From positions 1,984,001-2,048,000 of the forward strand of contig OY761611.1 in assembly GCA_963664875.1 (NCBI GenBank): 64,000 bases of DNA, in the 5' to 3' direction. Made by a program: the position numbers and the translations under genes. Shown here piece after piece: positions 20,356-29,485 of the stretch (position 1 is its first letter; every line of letters begins with the position of its first letter). The stretch comes from Candidatus Kapaibacterium sp. (GTDB lineage: Bacteria; Bacteroidota; Ignavibacteria; Kapaibacteriales; UBA2268). The notes under the pieces are model-generated. The model saw only the letters and a program-made list of their open reading frames with translations, ran no database searches and was not told the origin of the DNA.

Positions 20356-20383
20356 GCAGGTCTTCAGTCTAAAGAAGACCTGC
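20356..20383 (-). promoter_or_regulatory. Intra-cluster stem-loop (terminator or mRNA stabiliser) after the giant gene
   Basis: gcaggtcttc...gaagacctgc perfect 10-bp stem; no immediate U-tract on the - strand. Confidence 0.55.
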
Positions 20384-20396
20384 TATATTCTAAGTG

Positions 20397-23300
20397 TTAT
20401 TTTACTAAAACAACCGGCATAGAAGAAGAAACGTTACCTGCTTTCATTCTGATAGTGTAAGTTCCACTTACGATGCCTGAATTAGCTACTTTCCAGTCGA
20501 TTGTATGAGTACCGGCTTGGTAATTACCACTGTTAATTACTTCAACTACGTTACCTAATACATCGATCAATTCGAATGATACTGATTCACTTCTTGTCAA
20601 AGTAAATTCAATGTTAGCACTTGTTGTAACAGGGTTTGGACTTACTGAGTTCAAGCTTGTTACGAACATTTCGTTATCATCGATGCTCATAGCAGGATCA
20701 TAAACGATTACAAATTCTGTAAGAGCTAAGTCATTGATTGTAATAGTACATTCAGAACCGTTTTTCTCGAATTGAACTGTAGATACATGGTTGCCTTCAC
20801 CATCTTTCATGTTGAAAGAGTAGTAGTTACCATCTGTAGTCAATCTGTCTTTGATAAAGAACTGACCATCAGTTGGGATTTGGTCTGTATTCCATGCGAT
20901 AGTTACAGGAACTAATGGACCTGTAGCACCGTTTTCACCACCTGGTTGGAACTGACCATTGTATCTAAACAAACCATCTACGTTTGAAGGATAGATATTT
21001 CTAGCAACACCGTTAGTTGCAGGGATATCCCATCTTGCATCAAATGCGTCTAATGGCGGAATTGGAGCCAATTCAAATTCGCAATGTGTTTCATCGATAA
21101 TACCTACTTCTTTACCATCATCGCCATAACCTGTAGTTGCGTTTGCAGGAGCAGTACCGAAAGAAAGTACTTTTGCAGCGCCGATGCTATTTGTAATAGT
21201 CAAATCAGCAACGAAATCTGTAGGATCAGCAAGTCTGATAATGTAAGGGATAACCAATTCTTCACCATATTTATCAGTGATAACAATCAACAATCTTGCA
21301 GAAGATTTATCAATTGGATCTCTGTCTAGATCTAAGTTAGAAGCTGTGATTTCGATATCTTGTTCTTCGTTGATAGGACCAACTAAAGAAGAAGGGCTAA
21401 ATGTAAATTTGCTAGTAATTTTTTGACCTTTAGTCCAATCTGCCTGAGCATAATAGATATCGATAGTCAATTCTTCTTCGTGTCCATCTATGTTACGTAA
21501 CAAGTCTCTGTCGCTGATAGTGATTTCATCTCTGAAGTTACCACCAAGATCAGCACAAATTACTTCTTGTTGAGCTACATAGTTTGGAGCGTGGTTAAGT
21601 GAGTCAACTTGTAACTGCAATACTTTAATTGTTGGAAGACCTTCTTCGTCTCTTACTACTACAAATACAGGGTCTGTTTTTGGAGCATCAAGTACGCCAG
21701 GTGTACCGAACAACAAGCCTGATTTAGGATTGATTTTCAACCAAGCAGGAGTTGCATAAGTCAAGTCAGCAACATTGAAGCCTGCAGCTGTCAATTCATC
21801 TTTAACATTCCAAGCACCTGCTTCAGGGAAACAAGGATCTTTTGGTATGTCTGCAGCATTGATGTCATAAACTAATTCGAATTCGTGTGTTTGATCGAAG
21901 TTAGCATCTTTTACATGAATCATTCTATTAGAGTCAAGTAGGTCGATGTTGTAATCTTCGTCTTCTTTAGCATTGTCTAATGCTTCAGTGATGATTTCAG
22001 GAGCGATATTGATAAGTACTTTGTACTGTTGCAATGCCATAGCACCATGACCATCATTAACAACGATATTTACGATTGTGTCTAAGTTTAATGCACCATT
22101 AACTGATTTAGAATCAGCTTTAGCTGTAAGCAATTCGATAGCTTCTGCTCTGTCGATGCGGATGTTCAATTGACCTTTGCTAGTGAATAGCAAGCCATTA
22201 ACATCAGGAATAGTAGCATCGTCGAAAGTCATCATATATTCCGGAGCCAACCATTTAGGAGCGATTCTATTGATCATAGAAATGCCACTTGGGTCGTAAC
22301 CGTCACTATCAAAATCAACTGCTAATGTATCAAGGTCAATTACGTTACCGTCGTTATCATAAGCTACGTGTTGGAAGCCGTAAGCTGTTTTACCATAAGG
22401 GAACGTCCAAGGAGTTCTACCTGCAGCTACGTCATGAGCAAGAGCCCATTGGTCTTCGTTTTCATCGTTAGTGTTAACGTCGATTTGGAAACGCAATTTA
22501 TCTGTTAAGTTAGCTTTCAACTGACCGTCATCAGTAATATCGCAAGCTGACAATGAAGGAGTGTATTCAACCCAAGTTTTAGTTGTACCTTGAGCATCTG
22601 TTCTGATTTCAACTACTTCTTTAGCTGCATCTACTGCTGCCTGATCTCTCATATCTACGAAATCTGCAAATTGAGGAACAGAGTCAACAACGATAAGTTT
22701 GAAAGTGTAAGAACGTTTGTAGTTAGTACCAAAGTTGATAGTATCTTGTTGCAAGAATCTTGCATTATCAGTATCGTATTTTTCTGCATGGAAATATTCA
22801 GGATAAGTTTCGATATACTTATCTATTTCGTTTAAGTCAAAGTTAGGATCATGTGCTAACAATGAATCAAGTACTCTGTAGTGAGGAGGGAAGTTAGAAA
22901 CTGTAACAGTTACATCTTCACCGCCAGGTACTACAAATGGGTTCAACGGACGACCACGGAAGATCATGTAACCATTTGCAGAATCAGCAACAGAAGGAAC
23001 ATTGATATTTGCAATGTCAGTAGTAGTTCTGTAAACTTTATCAAACATCAACCAACGAGAAACTGCTGTGTTAGGATCAACATTCCAATCGTAGAACAAT
23101 TCAGAATATTGGTCACCAGCGATTTCAGATCTTGGATCGATAAATTTGTTTAAGTCTTTTGCAGTAATTTTTACGATTACGTTATTGTTGTTGTTACCTA
23201 ATTCATAAAGATGATCTTCAAGAACAAATTTAGTGTTCAAGAATTCTTCAACTTGAATTGTGTCTGGTCTGTTAGGAATATCAGAACCTGCAAGGTATTC

Positions 23301-26300
23301 AGGAACTTCAGTTTGCAATTTAACAACATCACCTGTAAACACTGGAGGATTTGTAGATTCAGAGATACCGAATTTCAAACCATCTTCCATAGCTTTTACA
23401 ACACCTTCTCTCCACAATACTGTACGAGAAACGATTCTGATTGTATCGCCAACGTTTACCGGAAGTGCTTTATATCTTTCACCAGCGAAGTACGCTTGGT
23501 TACCATCGTTAGAAGCAGGCATATCAGGTCTGTTGCTATAGATTTTAGCAAAGTCACCTAAGTTATAGTTATTGATTGCTTCTAATACAGAGTATTTACG
23601 ACCTTGAAGAGCAGCGCCATCTTCATTATAAGGATTGCGAGCTAATTTTTCAAGTAAAGGCTGACCAGAACCTAAGTTCATCAAACCTTCTTCGTTACGA
23701 CGGAACAAGAATTTGTTATTTCTGTTTGTAGAGTCAGGAACCAATTCAACTCTTGCACGGAATACTTCTTTGTTAGCACCGGCTTCAGCAACCTGTTTCA
23801 TGTTAACGCGGATGTAGTCAGTAGTAGTTTCATTGATTACAAAGAATACTGTTTCGTTTACAACGTTTGTGTCGTGGTTAGATCTTTCAATCATACCATC
23901 GTAATCAACCATAGATTCTAAGAACATTGGGTATCCGATTGGATGAGAATCTTCTTTGAAGTCTGTGATTAATTTAGAAACGATTGCATCATCTTCCATA
24001 TAAGGATCGCGAGTCATACGACGAACATATTTACCGTCGAATACTTCACCTGCAGCAGCATATCTATCTACAACAGGAGCGATACCAACTGCGAAGTCTT
24101 CAATTGGAGACATTCTGCGGTTAGAATAGTCAGCAGTTTTGATGTCAGTACCTTTGTCATATACGTCATAAACGCGACCTGACATAAGTAATGTTTCTTT
24201 GATTGAATTAGTACCAGGTAAAGTAACGTCATTAACGTCATTTACTAATGGTATTGGAGTATAGTTATATTTGTTGTAAGATTCAAATGGACCTTGTTCT
24301 CTTGGATCAGCCAAAGTAGTTGGATCAGCAGCATACATAGTTTTCATATGAGTTTCGCCGTCACCTTCGATGTAGAATGTTTCGAAACGTGCGTTAGCGA
24401 TACCGCCACCAGCATTTGGCAATTCAAAGATAATGTTTGCTTGAGTTTCACCCCAGTAGTTACCGCGCAATGTGTCAGTACCACCGGAACCGATACCTGT
24501 AATACCAGCCAATAAGCCTTTAGTATTAGGAGCATCCGGTAATCTTACAAAGAAGCGAGCGCTGTTATCATAAACAGAGTTAGCTGCTTCAGAGTAAATG
24601 TAAGAAGGTAGTGGACCTTGAACTTCACCATAAATAGTAGTAGAAGCCAAATCGCTTGAAGCTAAGTTTTTAGGGTTAGAGTTAGGATTGAAAGGACCAT
24701 CGATTGTGTTTTGTTCCCAACCGTATTGGTTTCTTGCATCTACATCATTACCTGCAATAAGAGATCTATTGAAGATAAGTTTCAAATCGTAGTTGTCAGA
24801 GTAAACAGCTGAACCAGTAAATGATTTGTTACCAACCATTCTTACGCGGTTAAAGTTTACAGAGTCAATTCTACCAATTCTGTTTTGAGTTACTGAGTCA
24901 AGGATGTACAATGCACCGCCAAGACCAACGCCATTTTCAGGAAGCATCACTTCTTGGTGATAACGAGTAACATCAGTGAAGCCTTCGTCAGCTGGTTTAA
25001 CAGAAGTCCATTCAGTAGCGCCGTTTGTAAGTACAAGACCGGCATCACCTACTACAAAACCTTTGTTAGGAGCTGAGAAGAAGATATCAGCAAAAGAATA
25101 TTTAGCATATTTGTTTTCAACTTTTTCTTCAGTCCAAGTCAAACCACCGTCAACTGATTTGAAGAAAGTACCAAACTGACCAACCATATAGCCTGTAGTC
25201 TGAGCAACAAAGTAAACTTTATTGATAGTGTGAGTAGCAGGGCTATTAGGATTGATTACCCAGTTATCGCCTTTGTTAGCAGTAGTCATCATGATACCGC
25301 CTTCACCTACAGCGTAACCGTCGTTAGGATTTTTGAAGAATACAGATTTCAAGTTTTGAGTAACGCCGGCAACTGTTCTTAAGATCCAGTCTTGGCCACC
25401 GTTAGTAGTTTTCAACATAGTACCACGATCACCAACAATGAAACCATTGTTAAGACCATCGTTGAAATCTACAGCATTCAAATGAGCAGTAACAGGTTGA
25501 GTTGAAGTCCAAGTCTGACCTGCATCAGTTGTTTTCAAGATATAACCATTATCGCAAGCAGCAACAGCTACGTTAGTACCAATAAATTTAACATCATTGA
25601 TTTTAGCTGAAACAGGAGTAGTCATTTTTACCCAAGTTTTACCTGCGTTTGTAGTTTTCAATACAGTACCGCGGTCACCAACTACATAACCTGTTTGGTA
25701 GTCAGTAAAGTGAACGTCAGTAAGTCTGTAGTTAGTACCTGAAGTCAAGTATTCCCAGTTTGCACCACCGTTAGTAAATTTAACGATAAGACCACCCATA
25801 CCAACGCCATAACCAATGTTGTTATCCAACCAGTTAGTAGCGATAATATTGTTAGTAGTTACTTGAGTACCTTGATTAACTTGAGTAGCACCTGAGCCAG
25901 TTTGAGAAGCAAGAATATTATCATCAACGATAATTTCGTTGTTGTAGAATCTTGTCAACATTCTAACATCAGGAGGGAAGTTTTCAGAGTCATAAGTAAA
26001 TACATCATTGTATGAGTTGTAAGAAACAGGCATACCGTACATGTCATACTGAACATCATCAACGTCAGTGATAAAGAAACGTTTAGAAGAAGTTTCAGGA
26101 TTAACCATACAGATTGCACCACCGTTACCGTTATAAACAGTATTGTGAGCAAACTCAACACCTTTAACTAAAGTAAGGTCAGCGTTAAGAGCATAAATAG
26201 CACCGCCACCTCTGATTTCAGGTTTGTTAGCATCAACAGTAATGTCTTTACCAACAGTGTTGCCTAAGAAAGAAGCTCTTACAAATGAGCAAGCTCTTTC

Positions 26301-28397
26301 GTGAGCAGGAAGAACAGGATATGCATTAGGTATTCTCAAATCGATAGCACCACCAGCATAACCGGCTTTGTTATTTTCAAAGATTACAGGGTAATTACCG
26401 CCATAACCGATAATTTCTTTAGAAGCTACACCACCGGCGCCATTTACAGACATTGCTCTTTTAGAGAATACTGCACCACCGAAAGTTTGAGCTACGTTAT
26501 CTTTAAATTTGATATTGAAACCATAATCTCTTGTAAGCAATGAAGCATCAGAACCACCGATTACAGGTGATTTCATGTGGTCAACATTACCATCAACAAA
26601 AATCGCACCGCCAGCACCAGCTTCGTTACCTTGGAATAAAGTAGCGTTATTGATTGCATCGCGAGCAGGACCACCAACTACTTGCAAACGACCGATTGTA
26701 TTTGCATGGAACACAGCACCACCCATAGAGAAGTAACCGCTGTTAGAACCTGCAACATCGTCTTGCAAGAATTTAGTGTAAGTTTTGTTGAATTTGAATT
26801 CACCGGCTAAGATCATAGAAGTGTAATCACCAACGTACAAAGCACCACCACGTGCACCGTAAGTAGAGCCTGAGCTTTGGAAGTTACGAGCTTCGTTACC
26901 TTCAGCAACAAATTCGTCAGCATCAGCAAAAGTAATCAAATTACCATGAGCATCTTTTATAGTATTGTTTATACCAAAACCAACTTCAATCTGGCGAGGA
27001 TTAGCACCGTAGAAACCGGCAACATAAATCGCACCACCGAAAGCGTGGTTACCATATTTTTGTGGGTAATTAGCAGGGTTGTCAGTATCGTCAACAACTA
27101 CGTCAACGCCACCGATTTTTTTAACAACAACATTAGCTAATTGAGCTTTGTTACCTGAGAAAGTAAGATTACGCATACGACCTAAGTAAAGAGCAACGCG
27201 AGCGTCGTCCCATGCTTGACGATCGAAATCTGTAGCAAATGGTTCCTGAACATCACTATCTATATTATCAATAGCAGGAACAGGATTATTTCTGATGATT
27301 TCAGAAATTTCGCCTTGAGCATTTACAATCTGAGGGTTTTTGTCAGAAGCATAAGTAGGCAATGAAGTAACATTTTTAGGGTAACCTTCTGGAGCTTGCA
27401 AAATCTGCAATGCACCACCGCGGTTACGAGACATGTTATTTACAAATTCGCAATTCAACAACCAAGTTCTTGAAGACAAAGTAGTGATAACACCACCGCC
27501 ACCATTAGTTAGAGTGCGAATTTTTTCATTCATTTCAGCAGTTTTAGCGCCGAATTCATTACCATTATAAATAGGGTCTCTATCTACAGTAGTGTCTTTT
27601 TTGAAACCTTCGAAACGTACGTTTCTAAAGAATGCAGCTCTTGCACCTGGAAGAACCACGATGTGACCCCATTCTCTTGAAGCGTTATTTACAGGTTGAC
27701 CGATGAAGTTGATTTGTTCAGCTTCAACAGCAACATCTGCACCACTAACTCTTTTCCAAGGTTGAGTGTTTAGAAGGATGTCGATTTTAGGATCAAACTG
27801 CAAACGAGCGTTTTTGAACATTAACGCTTGTTCGAAAGGAACGATGAATTTGTGAGGACCAACCACGTCATTTGCTCTGTGGTTTGCATCAATCATCTGG
27901 AAGTCTTCGATTTTTCTGTTTAGAGTATCGACAACAACATTGAAAACAGTGTTGTATTTAGATGTATGAACAGACAAATCGCGAGTAGTATTTACATCAA
28001 CTGTTTTAGTGTCAGATGTATATCCTAAACCACGAGTGAAATAAGCCATATCAGCATAGCCGGTATAGCCGGAACCGGGAGCGATAGGGTTAACACCATC
28101 CGGTGCTTTAATGTAATTAGCAACAGCTTCGCCATCGGCGATGATTCTACCACCAACTGAGTCAATTAGTCTTGAGTTAGGGTAGAAGTAAACTGTTGTA
28201 CCCGGCTCGATAATCAAAGACCCGCCAACTACGTAATTCTTATCGATTACGTAAACGGTATCTTTTTGGAACAACCTTACATCCCCGGGTGCTATTCGAC
28301 CGGAAACGTAAGCTTGCGGTTTTTGAGCCATAGCCTGTCCAAACGAGAGGACACAGAGTAATACAGCTAAAAAGCTCAAACGAATCAATCGTTGCAT
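20397..28397 (-). CDS. Giant (2666 aa) T9SS-secreted surface protein: Pmp-like beta-helix, YCF48/BNR propeller, cadherin/He_PIG Ig repeats, CTD
   Basis: GGAGGT RBS; signal peptide; repeated GGA(I/L/V) and FxxN; KTTNAGKTW/KTTDAGQTW BNR repeats; PAWLKINPKSGLLFGTP; SPNPVT...IDVLG...GTYTIRM CTD. Confidence 0.88.
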   Translation of the reverse strand: MQRLIRLSFLAVLLCVLSFGQAMAQKPQAYVSGRIAPGDVRLFQKDTVYVIDKNYVVGGSLIIEPGTTVYFYPNSRLIDSVGGRIIADGEAVANYIKAPDGVNPIAPGSGYTGYADMAYFTRGLGYTSDTKTVDVNTTRDLSVHTSKYNTVFNVVVDTLNRKIEDFQMIDANHRANDVVGPHKFIVPFEQALMFKNARLQFDPKIDILLNTQPWKRVSGADVAVEAEQINFIGQPVNNASREWGHIVVLPGARAAFFRNVRFEGFKKDTTVDRDPIYNGNEFGAKTAEMNEKIRTLTNGGGGVITTLSSRTWLLNCEFVNNMSRNRGGALQILQAPEGYPKNVTSLPTYASDKNPQIVNAQGEISEIIRNNPVPAIDNIDSDVQEPFATDFDRQAWDDARVALYLGRMRNLTFSGNKAQLANVVVKKIGGVDVVVDDTDNPANYPQKYGNHAFGGAIYVAGFYGANPRQIEVGFGINNTIKDAHGNLITFADADEFVAEGNEARNFQSSGSTYGARGGALYVGDYTSMILAGEFKFNKTYTKFLQDDVAGSNSGYFSMGGAVFHANTIGRLQVVGGPARDAINNATLFQGNEAGAGGAIFVDGNVDHMKSPVIGGSDASLLTRDYGFNIKFKDNVAQTFGGAVFSKRAMSVNGAGGVASKEIIGYGGNYPVIFENNKAGYAGGAIDLRIPNAYPVLPAHERACSFVRASFLGNTVGKDITVDANKPEIRGGGAIYALNADLTLVKGVEFAHNTVYNGNGGAICMVNPETSSKRFFITDVDDVQYDMYGMPVSYNSYNDVFTYDSENFPPDVRMLTRFYNNEIIVDDNILASQTGSGATQVNQGTQVTTNNIIATNWLDNNIGYGVGMGGLIVKFTNGGANWEYLTSGTNYRLTDVHFTDYQTGYVVGDRGTVLKTTNAGKTWVKMTTPVSAKINDVKFIGTNVAVAACDNGYILKTTDAGQTWTSTQPVTAHLNAVDFNDGLNNGFIVGDRGTMLKTTNGGQDWILRTVAGVTQNLKSVFFKNPNDGYAVGEGGIMMTTANKGDNWVINPNSPATHTINKVYFVAQTTGYMVGQFGTFFKSVDGGLTWTEEKVENKYAKYSFADIFFSAPNKGFVVGDAGLVLTNGATEWTSVKPADEGFTDVTRYHQEVMLPENGVGLGGALYILDSVTQNRIGRIDSVNFNRVRMVGNKSFTGSAVYSDNYDLKLIFNRSLIAGNDVDARNQYGWEQNTIDGPFNPNSNPKNLASSDLASTTIYGEVQGPLPSYIYSEAANSVYDNSARFFVRLPDAPNTKGLLAGITGIGSGGTDTLRGNYWGETQANIIFELPNAGGGIANARFETFYIEGDGETHMKTMYAADPTTLADPREQGPFESYNKYNYTPIPLVNDVNDVTLPGTNSIKETLLMSGRVYDVYDKGTDIKTADYSNRRMSPIEDFAVGIAPVVDRYAAAGEVFDGKYVRRMTRDPYMEDDAIVSKLITDFKEDSHPIGYPMFLESMVDYDGMIERSNHDTNVVNETVFFVINETTTDYIRVNMKQVAEAGANKEVFRARVELVPDSTNRNNKFLFRRNEEGLMNLGSGQPLLEKLARNPYNEDGAALQGRKYSVLEAINNYNLGDFAKIYSNRPDMPASNDGNQAYFAGERYKALPVNVGDTIRIVSRTVLWREGVVKAMEDGLKFGISESTNPPVFTGDVVKLQTEVPEYLAGSDIPNRPDTIQVEEFLNTKFVLEDHLYELGNNNNNVIVKITAKDLNKFIDPRSEIAGDQYSELFYDWNVDPNTAVSRWLMFDKVYRTTTDIANINVPSVADSANGYMIFRGRPLNPFVVPGGEDVTVTVSNFPPHYRVLDSLLAHDPNFDLNEIDKYIETYPEYFHAEKYDTDNARFLQQDTINFGTNYKRSYTFKLIVVDSVPQFADFVDMRDQAAVDAAKEVVEIRTDAQGTTKTWVEYTPSLSACDITDDGQLKANLTDKLRFQIDVNTNDENEDQWALAHDVAAGRTPWTFPYGKTAYGFQHVAYDNDGNVIDLDTLAVDFDSDGYDPSGISMINRIAPKWLAPEYMMTFDDATIPDVNGLLFTSKGQLNIRIDRAEAIELLTAKADSKSVNGALNLDTIVNIVVNDGHGAMALQQYKVLINIAPEIITEALDNAKEDEDYNIDLLDSNRMIHVKDANFDQTHEFELVYDINAADIPKDPCFPEAGAWNVKDELTAAGFNVADLTYATPAWLKINPKSGLLFGTPGVLDAPKTDPVFVVVRDEEGLPTIKVLQLQVDSLNHAPNYVAQQEVICADLGGNFRDEITISDRDLLRNIDGHEEELTIDIYYAQADWTKGQKITSKFTFSPSSLVGPINEEQDIEITASNLDLDRDPIDKSSARLLIVITDKYGEELVIPYIIRLADPTDFVADLTITNSIGAAKVLSFGTAPANATTGYGDDGKEVGIIDETHCEFELAPIPPLDAFDARWDIPATNGVARNIYPSNVDGLFRYNGQFQPGGENGATGPLVPVTIAWNTDQIPTDGQFFIKDRLTTDGNYYSFNMKDGEGNHVSTVQFEKNGSECTITINDLALTEFVIVYDPAMSIDDNEMFVTSLNSVSPNPVTTSANIEFTLTRSESVSFELIDVLGNVVEVINSGNYQAGTHTIDWKVANSGIVSGTYTIRMKAGNVSSSMPVVLVK

Positions 28398-28492
28398 GTT
28401 ACCTCCAAAAAATAAATACTTAAATGAAAAAATTTATTTCTACTATTTAAATTGTTTCACACTTTTACGGCATAAAATGATGTAAGATGTAA

Positions 28493-29215
28493 TTACTCAA
28501 TTTTCATGCCAAGACGTGCCAAGCCTGATTTAGCAAGCGTTGTAAACTCGTTCTGATATGTATCGGCAACTATCTGATTATAAAGCTCTTCAGCTTTTTT
28601 TGTATCTTTTGCCACTTCAAATAATTTACCTGCATAATATTTATATCTGAATTCTGTATTTTTTTGCACTGCTAATTGGCTTGCCTGAAGGTATAAATCC
28701 GCTGCTTCAAGAGCTTTTCCTTCTTTTTCCCTGCATGCTCCCATACCGGCTAAAGCACCCATTTTCAACACGTTAGACTCACTTTCGCCAGCCATATCAA
28801 AAAATTTTGCAGCTTCTGCCAATTTGTTTTGTACCAAATAAGCGTTTGCTGCATACAATGCTGCCTGCATACCCTGATCAGTACCTGAGTACTGCTCAGC
28901 CACTTCCGGAAGACTCATGATAGGCATTCCGTCGATTTTTATAGACTTATCGCCATTGAGTGCTTTGTCGTATTCGCCGTTAAAATAATAAGCCTGAATA
29001 CGGGATAGAGCCACAGATGCTTCGTTAATCTCTTCTTCTTTCTGGGAGTTAACGAAATATCCGACTAATAAAACTACTAATAGACCGGCAGCTCCTGCCA
29101 AGATATAACGACCATATTTCTTTACTTTTTCCATTATGTCTTCATGGTCGTCTATCAAAATCTCGTTCTCAACCTGAATCATAGGTTCTTGATTGAGCTC
29201 TTCTTGGTTTTTCAT
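28493..29215 (-). CDS. Membrane-anchored TPR protein (YfgM-like ancillary SecYEG subunit)
   Basis: One N-terminal TM followed by TPR helices; YSGTDQG..A.LYA pattern. Confidence 0.7.
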   Translation of the reverse strand: MKNQEELNQEPMIQVENEILIDDHEDIMEKVKKYGRYILAGAAGLLVVLLVGYFVNSQKEEEINEASVALSRIQAYYFNGEYDKALNGDKSIKIDGMPIMSLPEVAEQYSGTDQGMQAALYAANAYLVQNKLAEAAKFFDMAGESESNVLKMGALAGMGACREKEGKALEAADLYLQASQLAVQKNTEFRYKYYAGKLFEVAKDTKKAEELYNQIVADTYQNEFTTLAKSGLARLGMKIE

Positions 29216-29250
29216 TATCAACCTTTCTTCTATATTTTTAAAATACTTAG

Positions 29251-29324
29251 CACGCCCGAAGGGATTCGAACCCCCAACCTCTGGAACCGGAATCCAACAC
29301 TCTATCCAGTTGAGCTACGGGCGT
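29251..29324 (-). tRNA. tRNA-Arg (CCG)
   Basis: ACGCCCG/CGGGCGT acceptor stem, TAGCTCAACTGGATAGAG D arm, TTGGA-TTCCGGT-TCCAG anticodon arm, GGTTCGAATCC; CCA not encoded. Confidence 0.96.
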
Positions 29325-29485
29325 AAATATACTATACGCTCCTTAGCCTACAAATATAAAACACATACCTTACATTTCCAATCTAAATTGTGAATGAATT
29401 CAAGGTATGTGTCTTTTATCTGTTTTTTCTTGTCAATGCTATTCCACAGTGTCAGGTTTTTTACACATTACACAAAATGTGTCAA

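Noticed and set aside
20397-28397. Numerous 60-120-aa ORFs inside the large genes (here and elsewhere in the window)
   Set aside because: Antisense or alternate-frame shadows with no recognisable motifs.
28397-29324. T9SS cluster as a genomic island integrated at tRNA-Arg
   Set aside because: No integrase, no duplicated tRNA 3' end noticed, and a housekeeping-like TPR gene lies between them.
29144-29393. Two short + strand ORFs over the tRNA
   Set aside because: Antisense shadows of tRNA-Arg and the TPR gene.
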